From NCBI GenBank assembly GCA_963662615.2, contig CAXXSR010000002.1:96001-160000 (forward strand): a stretch of 64,000 nucleotides of DNA, in the 5' to 3' direction. Below are positions 39,129 to 48,901 of this stretch, piece by piece (positions within the stretch are counted from its first letter, which is position 1; each line of letters begins with the position of its first letter). The notes under the pieces are model-generated. The model was not told the origin of the DNA and did not search any database. It worked only from the letters and a program-made list of their open reading frames with translations. The position numbers were made by a program, and so were the translations under genes. This stretch comes from Dehalococcoidia bacterium. GTDB lineage: Bacteria; Chloroflexota; Dehalococcoidia; Bin125.

Positions 39129-40775
39129 ATGTCCGTGTCCACGTTCGCGCCAGCGGCCATCGGTACCGGAGCCCCACCCAGCGCTCGTCGCTGGTGGGTG
39201 CTGGCGGTGATGTCGCTGGCGACGCTGATGATCTTCTTGGACAACACGGTCGTGAACACCGCGCTGCCGTCGATCGCGCGGGACCTGAACGCCTCGACAT
39301 CGACGCTGCAGTGGGTGGTCGACTCCTACACGCTGATCCTGGCCGGACTGCTGCTGTTGGGTGGCTCCATAGGGGACCGGTTCGGGCGGCGGCGCTTCTT
39401 CACGGTGGGCATGGTGATCTTCGGTGCGGCCTCGGTGGGCGCGGCGCTGGCCGACAGCTCGGGCGCGCTCATCCTGATGCGCGCGATCCAGGGCGCGGGC
39501 GCGGCGATGGTGCTCCCGGCGACGCTTTCCATCATCACCGACGTCTTCCCTCGGGGCGAGCGCTCGAAGGCGATCGGGATCTGGACCGGGGTCGGCGCGC
39601 TGGGCCTGGGGATCGGGCCGGCGTTCGGCGGCTTCCTGGTCGATGAGTTCAACTGGAACGCGGTCTTCTTCATGCAGCTGCCGATCGTGGCGGCGGCGCT
39701 GATCGGGCTGCGGGTGGTGCCCGAGTCGAAGGACAGCCGTCGCCTGCCGCTAGACCTGCGGGGAGGCCTGCTGGCCACGGGCGGGCTGCTGGCGGTGGTG
39801 TATTCGCTGATTCAAGGCAACGACGCGGGCTGGCTGTCGCGGGAGATCCTGGGTGGCTTCGGGCTGGGGGTAGCGCTACTGGCGGGCTTCGTCGCGGTGG
39901 AGCTGCGCTCGCGGGCGCCGATGTTGCCGCTGCGCTTCTTCCGCCAGCGGGACTTCACCGGGGCGGTGCTGATCATTGGGCTGGTATTCTTTGCAGTCTC
40001 GGCCACGTTCTTCTTCCTGACGCAGTTCTTCCAGATCGTGCAGGAAAAGAGCGCCTTCACGGCCGGCAGCTACCTGCTGCCCATGGCCGCGATGATGATG
40101 GTGGGCGCGCCGATATCGGGCCTGCTCGTCAAGCGGCTGGGCCCGCGGACCATGCTGCTGGCCGCCACAGGCATGGTGGTGTTTGGGCTGGCCTGGCTGG
40201 CGCAGATCGACGCCGACAGCGGCTACGGCACCATTGTGATCGGCCTGATGACGTTCGGGTTCGGCGGCGGCATGGGGCTGGCACCGCTCACGGACACCGT
40301 GATGGCCGCCGTCCCCGTCGATGACGCCGGGATCGGGTCGGCCGTCAACGACGTCAGCCGCGAGCTGGGGGCGACGCTGGGCATCGCCATCACGGGAAGC
40401 GTCGTCAGCAGCCTCTACGCGAGCAGCGTGGAAGACAGCCTGAGGGGCGCCGTGCCTCCGGAGCTGGTGGACACAGTGGGCGAGGGGATCGGGGTGGCGG
40501 CGGTGGCGGCGGAGTCGCTGCCGGCGGACGTGGCGGCGGTCGTGATGGAAGCGGCGAACGGCGCCTTCGTGGATGCCTTCACGACGGGGCTGTGGATCAG
40601 CGCCGGGTTCATGGCGGCGGCGGCGGTGGTGTCGCTGCTGATGCTGCCGCGCCGGATGCGGACGCAGCAGGCGGAGCACGAGGCCGGCGACGCGGTGAGT
40701 GAGCCCGCGAACGCGGTAGCGGCTGACGAAGCGGCCGAGCCCGTCGGCGTGGGCGCGCCGGAGGAGGCAGCGTAG
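39129..40775 (+). CDS. DHA2 (EmrB/QacA) MFS efflux transporter
   Basis: LDNTVVNTALP, WVVDSY, GDRFGRRR, ~14 TM segments. Confidence 0.95.
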   Translation: MSVSTFAPAAIGTGAPPSARRWWVLAVMSLATLMIFLDNTVVNTALPSIARDLNASTSTLQWVVDSYTLILAGLLLLGGSIGDRFGRRRFFTVGMVIFGAASVGAALADSSGALILMRAIQGAGAAMVLPATLSIITDVFPRGERSKAIGIWTGVGALGLGIGPAFGGFLVDEFNWNAVFFMQLPIVAAALIGLRVVPESKDSRRLPLDLRGGLLATGGLLAVVYSLIQGNDAGWLSREILGGFGLGVALLAGFVAVELRSRAPMLPLRFFRQRDFTGAVLIIGLVFFAVSATFFFLTQFFQIVQEKSAFTAGSYLLPMAAMMMVGAPISGLLVKRLGPRTMLLAATGMVVFGLAWLAQIDADSGYGTIVIGLMTFGFGGGMGLAPLTDTVMAAVPVDDAGIGSAVNDVSRELGATLGIAITGSVVSSLYASSVEDSLRGAVPPELVDTVGEGIGVAAVAAESLPADVAAVVMEAANGAFVDAFTTGLWISAGFMAAAAVVSLLMLPRRMRTQQAEHEAGDAVSEPANAVAADEAAEPVGVGAPEEAA

Positions 40776-40902
40776 GGCGCTTTTTGGCGAGCGCGGAGGA
40801 CGCTAGGGTGACGGGCGCGGATGGGGATTCCGCGATGGTGGTCGGTTTCTTGCGCGATGCTGCGTCGGCTTTTTCACGGGTGCGAAGGGCGGGCGGGCGG
40901 GG

Positions 40903-41040
40903 GCGAACGGAAGGGACCCCACCCCCCGGCCCCCTCTCCATCGGTAAGCGATGGAGAGGGGGGGTTCGTCCTTCGACAAGCTCAGGATGAACGGGGCGGG
41001 CCTGCGGCGAGCTCCTTCGGCGGGCTGAGGGCGAACGGCT
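40903..41040. repeat. composite REP-like cluster
   Basis: CCCCCTCTCCATCG..CGATGGAGAGGGGG followed by GTTCGTCCTTCGACAAGCTCAGGATGAACGG. Confidence 0.85.
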
Positions 41041-41089
41041 ACGGCACACGAGCGCATACGTTTTGCAGGAAGAGAAGGGATACGGAGTC

Positions 41090-41302
41090 ATGAAAGATCT
41101 GAAACATCGCGTGGCGGAGTTCCCCGTCAATCGCTGGCTGCGATCGACGGCGGTGAACTTTCACGGCTTGCTCATGAAAAACGGCCTGTGTCCCATGGGC
41201 GCCTGGGAGAAGCTGCGCAAGATGGGGGAGCACGAGGCACACACCGACGCGGGCGCCGGGAAGGCGGTCTCCGCGGGCGGCGACGAGCGACGGGCCGCAT
41301 AG
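41090..41302 (+). pseudogene. chimeric remnant ORF containing a 55-bp copy of the SDR gene
   Basis: 41111-41165 matches 44021-44075 with 2 mismatches. Confidence 0.55.
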
Positions 41303-41356
41303 CGCGTTATTGGACAGTCGATTGGTCGCGTGCGAGTTCCCTGCAAGCCAGGGACA

Positions 41357-41405
41357 GCTCGGTAAAGAAGGCCCCGGCGTCACGCCGGGGCCTTCTTTAC
41401 CGAGC
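41357..41405. terminator. perfect 24-bp-arm inverted repeat, probable terminator
   Basis: GCTCGGTAAAGAAGGCCCCGGCGT-C-ACGCCGGGGCCTTCTTTACCGAGC. Confidence 0.65.
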
Positions 41406-41566
41406 GCGGAGGGCGAGGGGCAGCGGGTGCGGTCGGGATGCCGACTCGCGGCTCGGCGTGTCCCGGCGAGGGCGCCGGGCCGTGGTAGCCTCCGGCGGGA
41501 CAGGCCGGGGCTTGTCTTTTGTTCCCGCCCACGCCCAGGACCAATCGACCAACGAGGAGGATCACA

Positions 41567-42007
41567 TTGGCAGCGATTCGCTCCGCACACGCGACATGGA
41601 CAGGCAGCCTTGCAAAGGGGAACGGCGTGGTGAGGGCCGTCTCTTCCGGCGCGTTCAACCAGCTTCCCGTCTCATGGGCAGCCAGGACGGAGCAGTCGGG
41701 CGGAAAGACGAGCCCAGAGGAGTTGCTCGCGGCGGCGCACGCCTCCTGCTACTGCATGGCACTTTCCGCGGGCCTCGGCGGAGGCGGCAACCCGCCCACG
41801 AAGCTGGAGGTCGATGCGACGGTCACCTTCGATCAAGTCGATGGCGACTGGAAAGTCGCTTCGAGCGCCCTGAAGGTCGTTGGCCAGGTGCCCGGCATCG
41901 AGGGCGAGGCTTTCAAGGCGGCGGCAGAGGCCGCCAAGGACGGCTGCCCGATCTCCGGCGCACTCAAGGGCAATGTTGCCCTCAGCGTCGAAGCGACACT
42001 CGAATAA
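41567..42007 (+). CDS. osmC: OsmC-family peroxiredoxin
   Basis: ATWTG..GNG, SPEELLAAAHASCYCMALS, AKDGCPIS; TTG start with GAGGAGG SD. Confidence 0.92.
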   Translation: MAAIRSAHATWTGSLAKGNGVVRAVSSGAFNQLPVSWAARTEQSGGKTSPEELLAAAHASCYCMALSAGLGGGGNPPTKLEVDATVTFDQVDGDWKVASSALKVVGQVPGIEGEAFKAAAEAAKDGCPISGALKGNVALSVEATLE

Positions 42008-42120
42008 ATACAGCGAGCCACGAAGGCACGTCCACCTCGGGCTCCGCGTCGCAGATTCGGGGGACCCGGAGAACGTGCGGAGCCGTGGTACGCTCCGGCG
42101 AAACCAGCACGGAGTTGCTG

Positions 42121-42984
42121 ATGGCGGGCGCGACATACCGGGTGGGCAAGCTGACGATCAGCGTCGTTTCGGACGGCACGATCTGGCGGGACGGGGGAGC
42201 GGTCTTCGGACTGGTGCCGAAGGTCCTGTGGGAACGGGTGACCGGCCCGCCGAACGAGAAAAACCAGATCCCGCTGGGGCTGAACTGCCTGCTGCTGGAA
42301 TCGGACGGGAAGACGGTGCTGATCGAGACGGGGCAGGGGGACAAGGACTTCGAGCAGCTGCGGCGGCGCGGGGAGGAGCCCGCACACGGCCTGCTCTTGC
42401 AAAGCCTGGCGGCGAGCGGTGTGGGACCGGACGACGTGGACATGGTCATCAATACGCATCTGCACGGGGACCACTGCGGCTGGAACACGCGCCAGGTGGA
42501 GGGGGAGCTGCGGCCAACCTTCCCGAACGCCCGCTACTACGTCCAGCGGCGCGAGTGGGAACAGGCCACACATCCGAACGCGCGCACACGCGCCACCTAC
42601 CTGGCCGAGAACTTCGCGCCGCTGATGGAAGCCGGGCAGGTCGAGCTGGTGGAGGGGGAGACGCGGATCACGTCGGACGTGACGGTGATCGAGACGCCGG
42701 GCCACACCGCGGATCACGCATCGGTGGCGATCAGCAACGGGGGCGAGACGGCGATCTATCTGGGCGACATGGTGCAGCACCAGGTGCAGCTGGAGCGGGC
42801 CGCCTGGATCAGCGCCTTCGACGTGCTGCCGCTGGTGTCGCTGGACACGAAGCGGAAGCTGGTTGAGGACGCGATCGTCAAAAACCATCTGCTGATCTGC
42901 GTCCACAACCCGTTCCCCGGGGTGGCCCGGCTGCGCCGCGCAGGCGACAAGGCGACGTATGTGCCGGAGCCGAAGGGGAGTTGA
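42121..42984 (+). CDS. MBL-fold metallo-hydrolase (YtnP-like)
   Basis: DGGAVFGLVPK, THLHGDHCG, TPGHT, GD, H. Confidence 0.92.
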   Translation: MAGATYRVGKLTISVVSDGTIWRDGGAVFGLVPKVLWERVTGPPNEKNQIPLGLNCLLLESDGKTVLIETGQGDKDFEQLRRRGEEPAHGLLLQSLAASGVGPDDVDMVINTHLHGDHCGWNTRQVEGELRPTFPNARYYVQRREWEQATHPNARTRATYLAENFAPLMEAGQVELVEGETRITSDVTVIETPGHTADHASVAISNGGETAIYLGDMVQHQVQLERAAWISAFDVLPLVSLDTKRKLVEDAIVKNHLLICVHNPFPGVARLRRAGDKATYVPEPKGS

Positions 42985-43068
42985 TCGCGCCGCTGGACAC
43001 GGTTCCGCCGCACCGCCATTTGGGTTAGCGTTCGCCAACGAGCACGCCATTGGGAAACGGAGCAGACC

Positions 43069-43686
43069 ATGGCAGAGAGAGCGGGCGCGTATCCTGTGCA
43101 ATTCAGCGTCGACCGGCCCGAGCGGTTTCAGCGCGTGCAGCTTCTCTTGCGGCTGGCCCTCTGGCTGGCCCTGTACTGGTTCGGTAGCGGGCTGGGCTGG
43201 TTCGTGTACCTCGGCGGTCCGATCATCACGGCCGTGCTAGTCGCGCAACGAGGCGGGCGGGGGTTTCAGGAACGCCACGGCGAGCGTTACCGCAAGGCGC
43301 TGAGTTTCATCATGGGAGTCAATGCATACCTGCTGTTCGCGAGCGATGGGCTCCCGATCTGGGGTAAAGAAGGGCCGACGCGACTCCGGATCGAGAGTAC
43401 CGGTACACCCACCGTGGGGTCGGCGCTGGTGCGATTGATCCGGGTGATCCCGCACGGAGTGGTGCTCGTGATCCTGTGGGTGGTGGCGGGGATCGCGGCC
43501 CTCGTTGCTCTCTTCACGATCGTGGTCAGCGGGTCGGTGCCGGAGGGGATCCGGCGCTTCCAGATCGGAGTGCTGGTCTGGGAGGCGTGGACGTTGGCGT
43601 ATCTGGTATCGATGGTGGAGGAGTACCCGCCGTTCCGCTTCGAAGCGCCGCCCGCCGGCAGCGAGGGCGCGGCGTCCGGGAGCTAG
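43069..43686 (+). CDS. DUF4389-like membrane protein
   Basis: YPVQFSVDRPE, IPH, EEYPPF two-repeat pattern. Confidence 0.75.
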   Translation: MAERAGAYPVQFSVDRPERFQRVQLLLRLALWLALYWFGSGLGWFVYLGGPIITAVLVAQRGGRGFQERHGERYRKALSFIMGVNAYLLFASDGLPIWGKEGPTRLRIESTGTPTVGSALVRLIRVIPHGVVLVILWVVAGIAALVALFTIVVSGSVPEGIRRFQIGVLVWEAWTLAYLVSMVEEYPPFRFEAPPAGSEGAASGS

Positions 43687-43696
43687 GGGCGCTGGG

Positions 43697-44548
43697 ATGG
43701 GCGAAGGCAAGCTGGCCGGGCAAGTCGCGATTGTGACGGGGGCGAGCCGCGGCATTGGCAAGGAGATCGCGACGCTGTTCGCGTCGGAGGGGGCGAAGGT
43801 CGTGGCGACGGCGCGGACGGTGGAGGAGGGATCGCACCCGCTGCCGGGGTCGCTGGAGACGACGGTGCGCGAGATCAGCGCCGCGGGCGGCGAAGCGACG
43901 GTGGTGGCCGCCGACCTGTCGGAGTTCGAGGAGTGTGCGCGCGTGGTGGGGACGGCCCGTGAGACGTACGGGCCCGTGGACGTGCTGGTGAACAACGCAG
44001 CGCTGAGCTACTTCTTTGCGGTGGCGGAGTTCCCCGTCAACCGCTGGCTGCGGTCGACGGCGGTGAACTTTCACGCGCCGTTTTTCATGAGCAAGCTGTG
44101 CCTGGAGGACATGCTGGCGCGGCGTGGGGGCGCGATTGTCAACATCTCCAGCGGGGCAGCGGTGGGGCCGGGGCGGGCGCCATACGGGGATGCGGTCCGG
44201 CGCGGTCAGTCGCTGTACGGGGCGGAGAAGGCGGCGCTGGAGCGGTTCACCCAGGGGCTGGCGTCGGAGGTGTACGAGCACGGGATCAGAGTGACCTGCG
44301 TGGCGCCGTCGCAGATCGTGCCGACGCCGGGGGTGGTACACCACCGGCTGATGGAGGGCCGCGATCCCGACGACTGGGAGGGGCCGGAGGTGATAGCGCA
44401 GGCGGCGCTGCTGCTGGCGACGGCGCCGCTGGAGAAGGTGACGGGACGGGTGACGTATAGTCAGCAGATCCTGCAGGAGTTCGGTCTGCGGGCGGAGGCG
44501 CGGGGCTGGGGGGCGACGCAGAAGGGGTCGGGGTTTTCGCGGATGTAG
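43697..44548 (+). CDS. SDR-family oxidoreductase
   Basis: VTGASRGIG, VNNAA, NISS, YGAEK. Confidence 0.95.
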   Translation: MGEGKLAGQVAIVTGASRGIGKEIATLFASEGAKVVATARTVEEGSHPLPGSLETTVREISAAGGEATVVAADLSEFEECARVVGTARETYGPVDVLVNNAALSYFFAVAEFPVNRWLRSTAVNFHAPFFMSKLCLEDMLARRGGAIVNISSGAAVGPGRAPYGDAVRRGQSLYGAEKAALERFTQGLASEVYEHGIRVTCVAPSQIVPTPGVVHHRLMEGRDPDDWEGPEVIAQAALLLATAPLEKVTGRVTYSQQILQEFGLRAEARGWGATQKGSGFSRM

Positions 44549-44563
44549 GGGGTGGCGGAGGCC

Positions 44564-44731
44564 CTAGTCCGCTCCCTTCGCTGGGCGTTTGCGGAGGCGT
44601 TTGAGGACCGCGTCGCGGTAGATGCGGCGGAGGGAGGCGCCGTGCATGCGGAGGGCGCGGCGCTTTTTGCGCCGTTTGTCGTCGCGGCGCTCGCCGCGGG
44701 TGCCCTGGGCCTCGTCGTTGGGGGCGGTCAC
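44564..44731 (-). CDS. small basic hypothetical protein
   Basis: TACACT -10 box just before GTG; KRRKKRRALRMHGASLRR. Confidence 0.5.
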   Translation of the reverse strand: MTAPNDEAQGTRGERRDDKRRKKRRALRMHGASLRRIYRDAVLKRLRKRPAKGAD

Positions 44732-44821
44732 GGCGGCGTCAGTGTACCGCGCCGGAGCCGTGCGACCGTGGTTTGAGTGGCCCGTTTGACCGGCCGGGGG
44801 CGGCCTGCGTACTCTCGCGGC

Positions 44822-46117
44822 GTGAAGGTGCACCTGTCTTACGGCAGCGACGGCCTGGACGTGGAGCTGCCCGATCACGCGGACGTCATTGAGCCGGTAG
44901 AAACGCCGGCGCTCGCCGACGCGCGCGCGGCGTTGCGGGAGGCCATTGCCCGGCCGATTCAGTCGCGGCCGCTGGCGGAGCTGGTGGGCCCGGACGACCA
45001 CGTCGCCATCGTCTTCAGCGATATCACGCGACCGGTGCCGAACGCGATGATCGCGCCGGAGCTGTTGCGCGTCATTGAAGGGGCAGGGGTACCGCGCGAC
45101 CAGATCACGTTGATCATCGGCGGGGGGCTGCACCGGGCGATGACGCCGGAGGAGCAGGAGACGCTGCTGGGGGCGGAGATCGTGCGGTCGTACCGCGTGG
45201 TGATGCACGACGCGCGCGACCCGGACGGCGTCGTCTTCCTGGAGCGCTATCCCGGCGAGCGTCGGGGCGGGATCTATCTGAACGCGCACTACATGCGGGC
45301 GAACGTGCGCGTCGTGACGGGCTTTGTCGAGCCCCACCTCTTCGCCGGCTACAGCGGTGGCGGGAAAGGGGTGTTTCCCGGAGTGGCGGCGGCGCACAAC
45401 ATCATGCGCAACCACGGGGTGGCGAACATTGCGCACCCGCACTCCACGTACGCCGTGGCGGAGGGGAATCCGATCTTCGAGGAGATGCGGCGCGTCGCGG
45501 TGGCGTCGGACGTGACGATGCTGTGCAATGTCACGTTGAACGCCGCCAAAGCGGTGACGGGCGTGTTCTGCGGCGAGCTAGTGGCGGCGCACGACGCCGC
45601 GATCGCAAAGGTGAACAGCCAGGCGCGGCGGCGGATCCCGCACGAGTACGACATTGTGGTGGGGTCCAACGGCGGCTATCCCGCGGACCTGAATCTGTAC
45701 CAGAGCGTGAAGGGGATGGTGTCGGCGGCGCGGGCGGTGCGGCGTGGTGGCGCGATCATGCTGGCGGCGGAATGCCGGGAGGGGGTGGGGGGCGCGGAGT
45801 TCGCGGAGTTGCTGACGTCGCGGGAGGGGCCGGGGGCGCTGATGGAACGGCTGCTGGAGCCGGACTGCGATCTCATTGACCAGTGGCAGGTGCAAGAGCA
45901 GGTGATGGTGCAGGAGAAAGCGGATCTGCACCTCTACTCGGCGCTGGACGAGGCGACGGTGCGGACATCGCATCTGCGGCTCTGCATCGATATCTCGGCG
46001 ACGGTGGCGTCGCTGGCGGCGGCGCACGAGGAAGAGCGAGGCGAGCGCACGTCGATCCTGGCGATGCCGTACGGCTTCCAGGCGATCCCGGTGGTGGACG
46101 GGGGGCTGGGGAAGTAG
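44822..46117 (+). CDS. larA: LarA-family nickel-pincer racemase/epimerase
   Basis: SDITRPVP, GLHR, EPHLFAGYSGGGK, NHG, YQSVKG; TTGACC-N18-TACTCT 6 nt before GTG (leaderless). Confidence 0.9.
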   Translation: MKVHLSYGSDGLDVELPDHADVIEPVETPALADARAALREAIARPIQSRPLAELVGPDDHVAIVFSDITRPVPNAMIAPELLRVIEGAGVPRDQITLIIGGGLHRAMTPEEQETLLGAEIVRSYRVVMHDARDPDGVVFLERYPGERRGGIYLNAHYMRANVRVVTGFVEPHLFAGYSGGGKGVFPGVAAAHNIMRNHGVANIAHPHSTYAVAEGNPIFEEMRRVAVASDVTMLCNVTLNAAKAVTGVFCGELVAAHDAAIAKVNSQARRRIPHEYDIVVGSNGGYPADLNLYQSVKGMVSAARAVRRGGAIMLAAECREGVGGAEFAELLTSREGPGALMERLLEPDCDLIDQWQVQEQVMVQEKADLHLYSALDEATVRTSHLRLCIDISATVASLAAAHEEERGERTSILAMPYGFQAIPVVDGGLGK

Positions 46118-46123
46118 GGCGGT

Positions 46124-46366
46124 CTAGCCAAAGAGCTGCTCGAGCAGCTCCTCACGCGTGACACCCTGACGCTGAGCGAGGTCATTCAAGATGGCGCTAA
46201 GCGTGCCGATCTTGATGTGCTGATGCATCGGCACGGTGAGATGATGCCCGCCATCGACATCGGCGACCAAACGCAGGTGGCTACCCCGCTGACGAACCCG
46301 CCGATAGCCAAGCCTTGAGAGTGCGTCCGCAAGTTCTTCGCCCGAGATGTCCCGGGGCAGTTTCAC
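46124..46366 (-). CDS. HicA-family mRNA interferase toxin
   Basis: LGY..RQRGSHLRL..LTVPMH..IKIGTLSAIL. Confidence 0.92.
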   Translation of the reverse strand: MKLPRDISGEELADALSRLGYRRVRQRGSHLRLVADVDGGHHLTVPMHQHIKIGTLSAILNDLAQRQGVTREELLEQLFG

Positions 46367-46584
46367 AAAGCGATGACTTCGTCATGAACGTAGTGAAGCC
46401 GGAGGATCTCCGGCGGTTTCCTCTCGGGCTCGAAATGGCAGCGCACCGCGTCCCGAATTTGCTCGACCAACTCTTCTTTGCTGTCGGCTTGCGTGAAGAT
46501 GCTTTCGCCAACGGCACGGGCCGTGTAGCCGCCTTCAAGATCCGCTTCGACGAGGAAGAGTAATTCGGTCACCGCCCTGCCCAA
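46363..46584 (-). CDS. short HicB-like antitoxin
   Basis: EGGYTARAVGESIFTQADSKEELVEQIRDAV; overlaps hicA; GTG at 46572 is an alternative start. Confidence 0.8.
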   Translation of the reverse strand: MGRAVTELLFLVEADLEGGYTARAVGESIFTQADSKEELVEQIRDAVRCHFEPERKPPEILRLHYVHDEVIAL

Positions 46585-46719
46585 TCATTGTCAGCGGCCA
46601 TGATTGTAACTTAGCGGTTCGGGCGGCCCCGCGCGCGTCGCAGCTCGCCAAAGGTCGCCCTTCGGGTAAGCGCCGCCTACGATGCGGACAGCATTGGCTC
46701 GCCAGCAAGAGGGACGGCG

Positions 46720-47457
46720 ATGGTACGGAAAAATCTGGCTGACGAAGACGCCCGGCGGCTGCTGGGGGGCGCGCCGGTGCTGATCGTGACGACGAGGTGG
46801 CGGGCGGTGGCGAACGCGCTGCCGATCGCCTGGGCAGCGCCGCTGAGCGTCGATCCGCCGCTGATCGGCGTCGTGGTGCACCCGTCGCGGCACAGCCACG
46901 ACATGATCCGCTACGGGGAGGAGTTCGCCATCAATATCCCGTCGCGGGTGATCATGAATCACACGCAGTGGCTGGGGCTGGTGAGCGGGCTGCAGACGGA
47001 CAAGCTGGAGGCGTCGCGGCTGCCGTACTTCAAGCCGAAGGTGATCGACTCGCCGCTGCTGGAGGGCTGCGTGGGCTGGATCGAGTGCACGCTGCACGAC
47101 CACTACACAACGGGCGACCACACCCTCTTCATTGGGCGGGTGGTAGCGGCGCAGGCCGACAGCGACGCCTTCAACTTCGAGCAGGGGCGCTGGTCGCCGG
47201 AGGACGATGAGTACAAGCCGTTGATGTACCTGGGCGGCCGGACCTATTCGCTGTTGAGCAGCGCTTTCGACACGGAGGTGGCGCAGCGGCCGGTCGAGCA
47301 GATGGAGGAAGAGGGGTTCGGCAAGGAGCTGGAGGAGGCGGAAACGGAGCGGGCGCGGAAGCGGGAGGAGGCCGAGGCGGCGCGCGATGAGCGGGAGCGT
47401 CGGGGGGAGGAGCCGCCGGACACGTCGGCGTCGCCGCGGGCGCGGCCGGAGGCGTAG
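46720..47457 (+). CDS. flavin reductase-like protein
   Basis: SVDPPLIGV, EFAINIP, IEC, GDHTLFIGRV. Confidence 0.9.
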   Translation: MVRKNLADEDARRLLGGAPVLIVTTRWRAVANALPIAWAAPLSVDPPLIGVVVHPSRHSHDMIRYGEEFAINIPSRVIMNHTQWLGLVSGLQTDKLEASRLPYFKPKVIDSPLLEGCVGWIECTLHDHYTTGDHTLFIGRVVAAQADSDAFNFEQGRWSPEDDEYKPLMYLGGRTYSLLSSAFDTEVAQRPVEQMEEEGFGKELEEAETERARKREEAEAARDERERRGEEPPDTSASPRARPEA

Positions 47458-47503
47458 GGACGGTCGGGAAGGGCGGGCGCAGTCGCTCGCGGGGAGAGGT
47501 GCG

Positions 47504-47671
47504 ATGTTTGGACTGCTGTTGGTTCCGTTGTCGCTGGCGCTGGCCGCGATCAAGCTGCTGATCACGCTGCTGACGGATGTGCTGCCGACGCTGGTGCGGT
47601 TGGTAGGCGCGGTCGTGGGGCTGCCGGTGCGGCTGCTGCGGTCGTTGGGAGGCGGGGCGAAGGGGAAGTAG
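47504..47671 (+). CDS. small hydrophobic protein (55 aa)
   Basis: GAGAGGT SD; Leu-rich. Confidence 0.55.
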   Translation: MFGLLLVPLSLALAAIKLLITLLTDVLPTLVRLVGAVVGLPVRLLRSLGGGAKGK

Positions 47672-47683
47672 GGGGCGGTCTCG

Positions 47684-48583
47684 ATGGACGTGGTGGGCGA
47701 AACGCGATCCAAGGCCGGCTCAGGCATCGAGTTACGCGGGACGGTTCACGCGGGCGACAATCTGCCGGTGCTGCGCGGTCTGGACGATGGTTGCGTGGGG
47801 CTGGTCTACACCGACCCTCCCTTCAACACCGGCGGTCAACGTTCTTTGACGCAGTTGCGGACCAGGCGGGCTGCGGATGGAGAACGAGTGGGTTTCGGGG
47901 GGCAGCGATACCGCAGTGAGGTTCTGGGGACGCAGTCGTACGCCGACGCCTTCGACGACTACCTGGGCTTTCTGGAGCCGCGGCTGCGCGAGATCCGTCG
48001 GGTGCTGTCGTCGTCGGGAACGCTCTATCTCCACCTGGACTATCGCGAGGCGCACTACGTGAAGGTGCTCTGCGACCAGATCTTCGGTCGCGCCTGCTTC
48101 CTCAACGAGATCATCTGGGCGTACGACTTCGGAGGCCGACCGAGGAATCGGTGGCCGGCAAAGCACGACACCATCCTGGTCTACGTGAAGGATCCCCAGC
48201 GATACACGTTCAACACGGAAGACATTGAGCGCATCCCCTACATGGCGCCGGGACTGGTGGGCGCGGAGAAGGCCGCGAGAGGCAAGCTGCCCACCGATAC
48301 CTGGTGGCACACGATCGTGCCGACGAACGGCTCTGAGAGGACGGGCTATCCCACGCAGAAACCGGAGGCGCTGGCGGAGCGGATCGTTCGCGCGTCATCG
48401 AACCCGGGCGAGGTGGTGCTGGACCCGTTCGCGGGGAGCGGGACGGTGGGGGCGGCGGCGGCGCGGCTGGAGCGACGGTTCCTGCTCATTGACGACAATC
48501 CCGAGGCCATCGCGGTGATGCGGGCGCGGCTGCCGGAGGGGACGGGGTTTGCGGAAGGGGTTGCGGCAGCGGCTCACGGTTAG
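47684..48583 (+). CDS. beta-class N6/N4 DNA methyltransferase (orphan)
   Basis: YTDPPFN (motif IV) before YPTQKP..LDPFAGSGT (motif I). Confidence 0.93.
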   Translation: MDVVGETRSKAGSGIELRGTVHAGDNLPVLRGLDDGCVGLVYTDPPFNTGGQRSLTQLRTRRAADGERVGFGGQRYRSEVLGTQSYADAFDDYLGFLEPRLREIRRVLSSSGTLYLHLDYREAHYVKVLCDQIFGRACFLNEIIWAYDFGGRPRNRWPAKHDTILVYVKDPQRYTFNTEDIERIPYMAPGLVGAEKAARGKLPTDTWWHTIVPTNGSERTGYPTQKPEALAERIVRASSNPGEVVLDPFAGSGTVGAAAARLERRFLLIDDNPEAIAVMRARLPEGTGFAEGVAAAAHG

Positions 48584-48597
48584 GGCCGCGGGCTGCG

Positions 48598-48880
48598 CGA
48601 CCTCACCCCCCGGCCCCCTCTCCATTCTTCCTGTGGAAGGATGGAGAGGGGGAGCAGAGGCGAGTTCGTCGGTTCGCCCTTCGACAGGCTCAGGACGAAC
48701 GGGATACAGCGCCCTTCGACCCTTCGGCCCTTCGGCAAGCTCAGGACAGGCAGCGCGACCTCACCCCCCGGCCCCCTCTCCATGTCACAGCGATGGAGAG
48801 GGGGAGCAGAGCCCCATTCGCCCGTTCGCCCTTCGACAGGCTCCCTTCGACTCCGCTCAGGACGGGCAGGGTGAGCGGGG
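48598..48880. repeat. composite REP-like cluster
   Basis: two CCCCCTCTCCAT..ATGGAGAGGGGG hairpins plus nested CCTTCGAC(A/G)..CTCAGG units. Confidence 0.88.
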
Positions 48881-48901
48881 CGAAGTGTCGAACAGCGGGA
48901 G

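Noticed and set aside
41188-42120. 598-aa extended MBL protein
   Set aside because: The extension overlaps osmC in another frame; the real start is ATG 42121 with a GGAG SD
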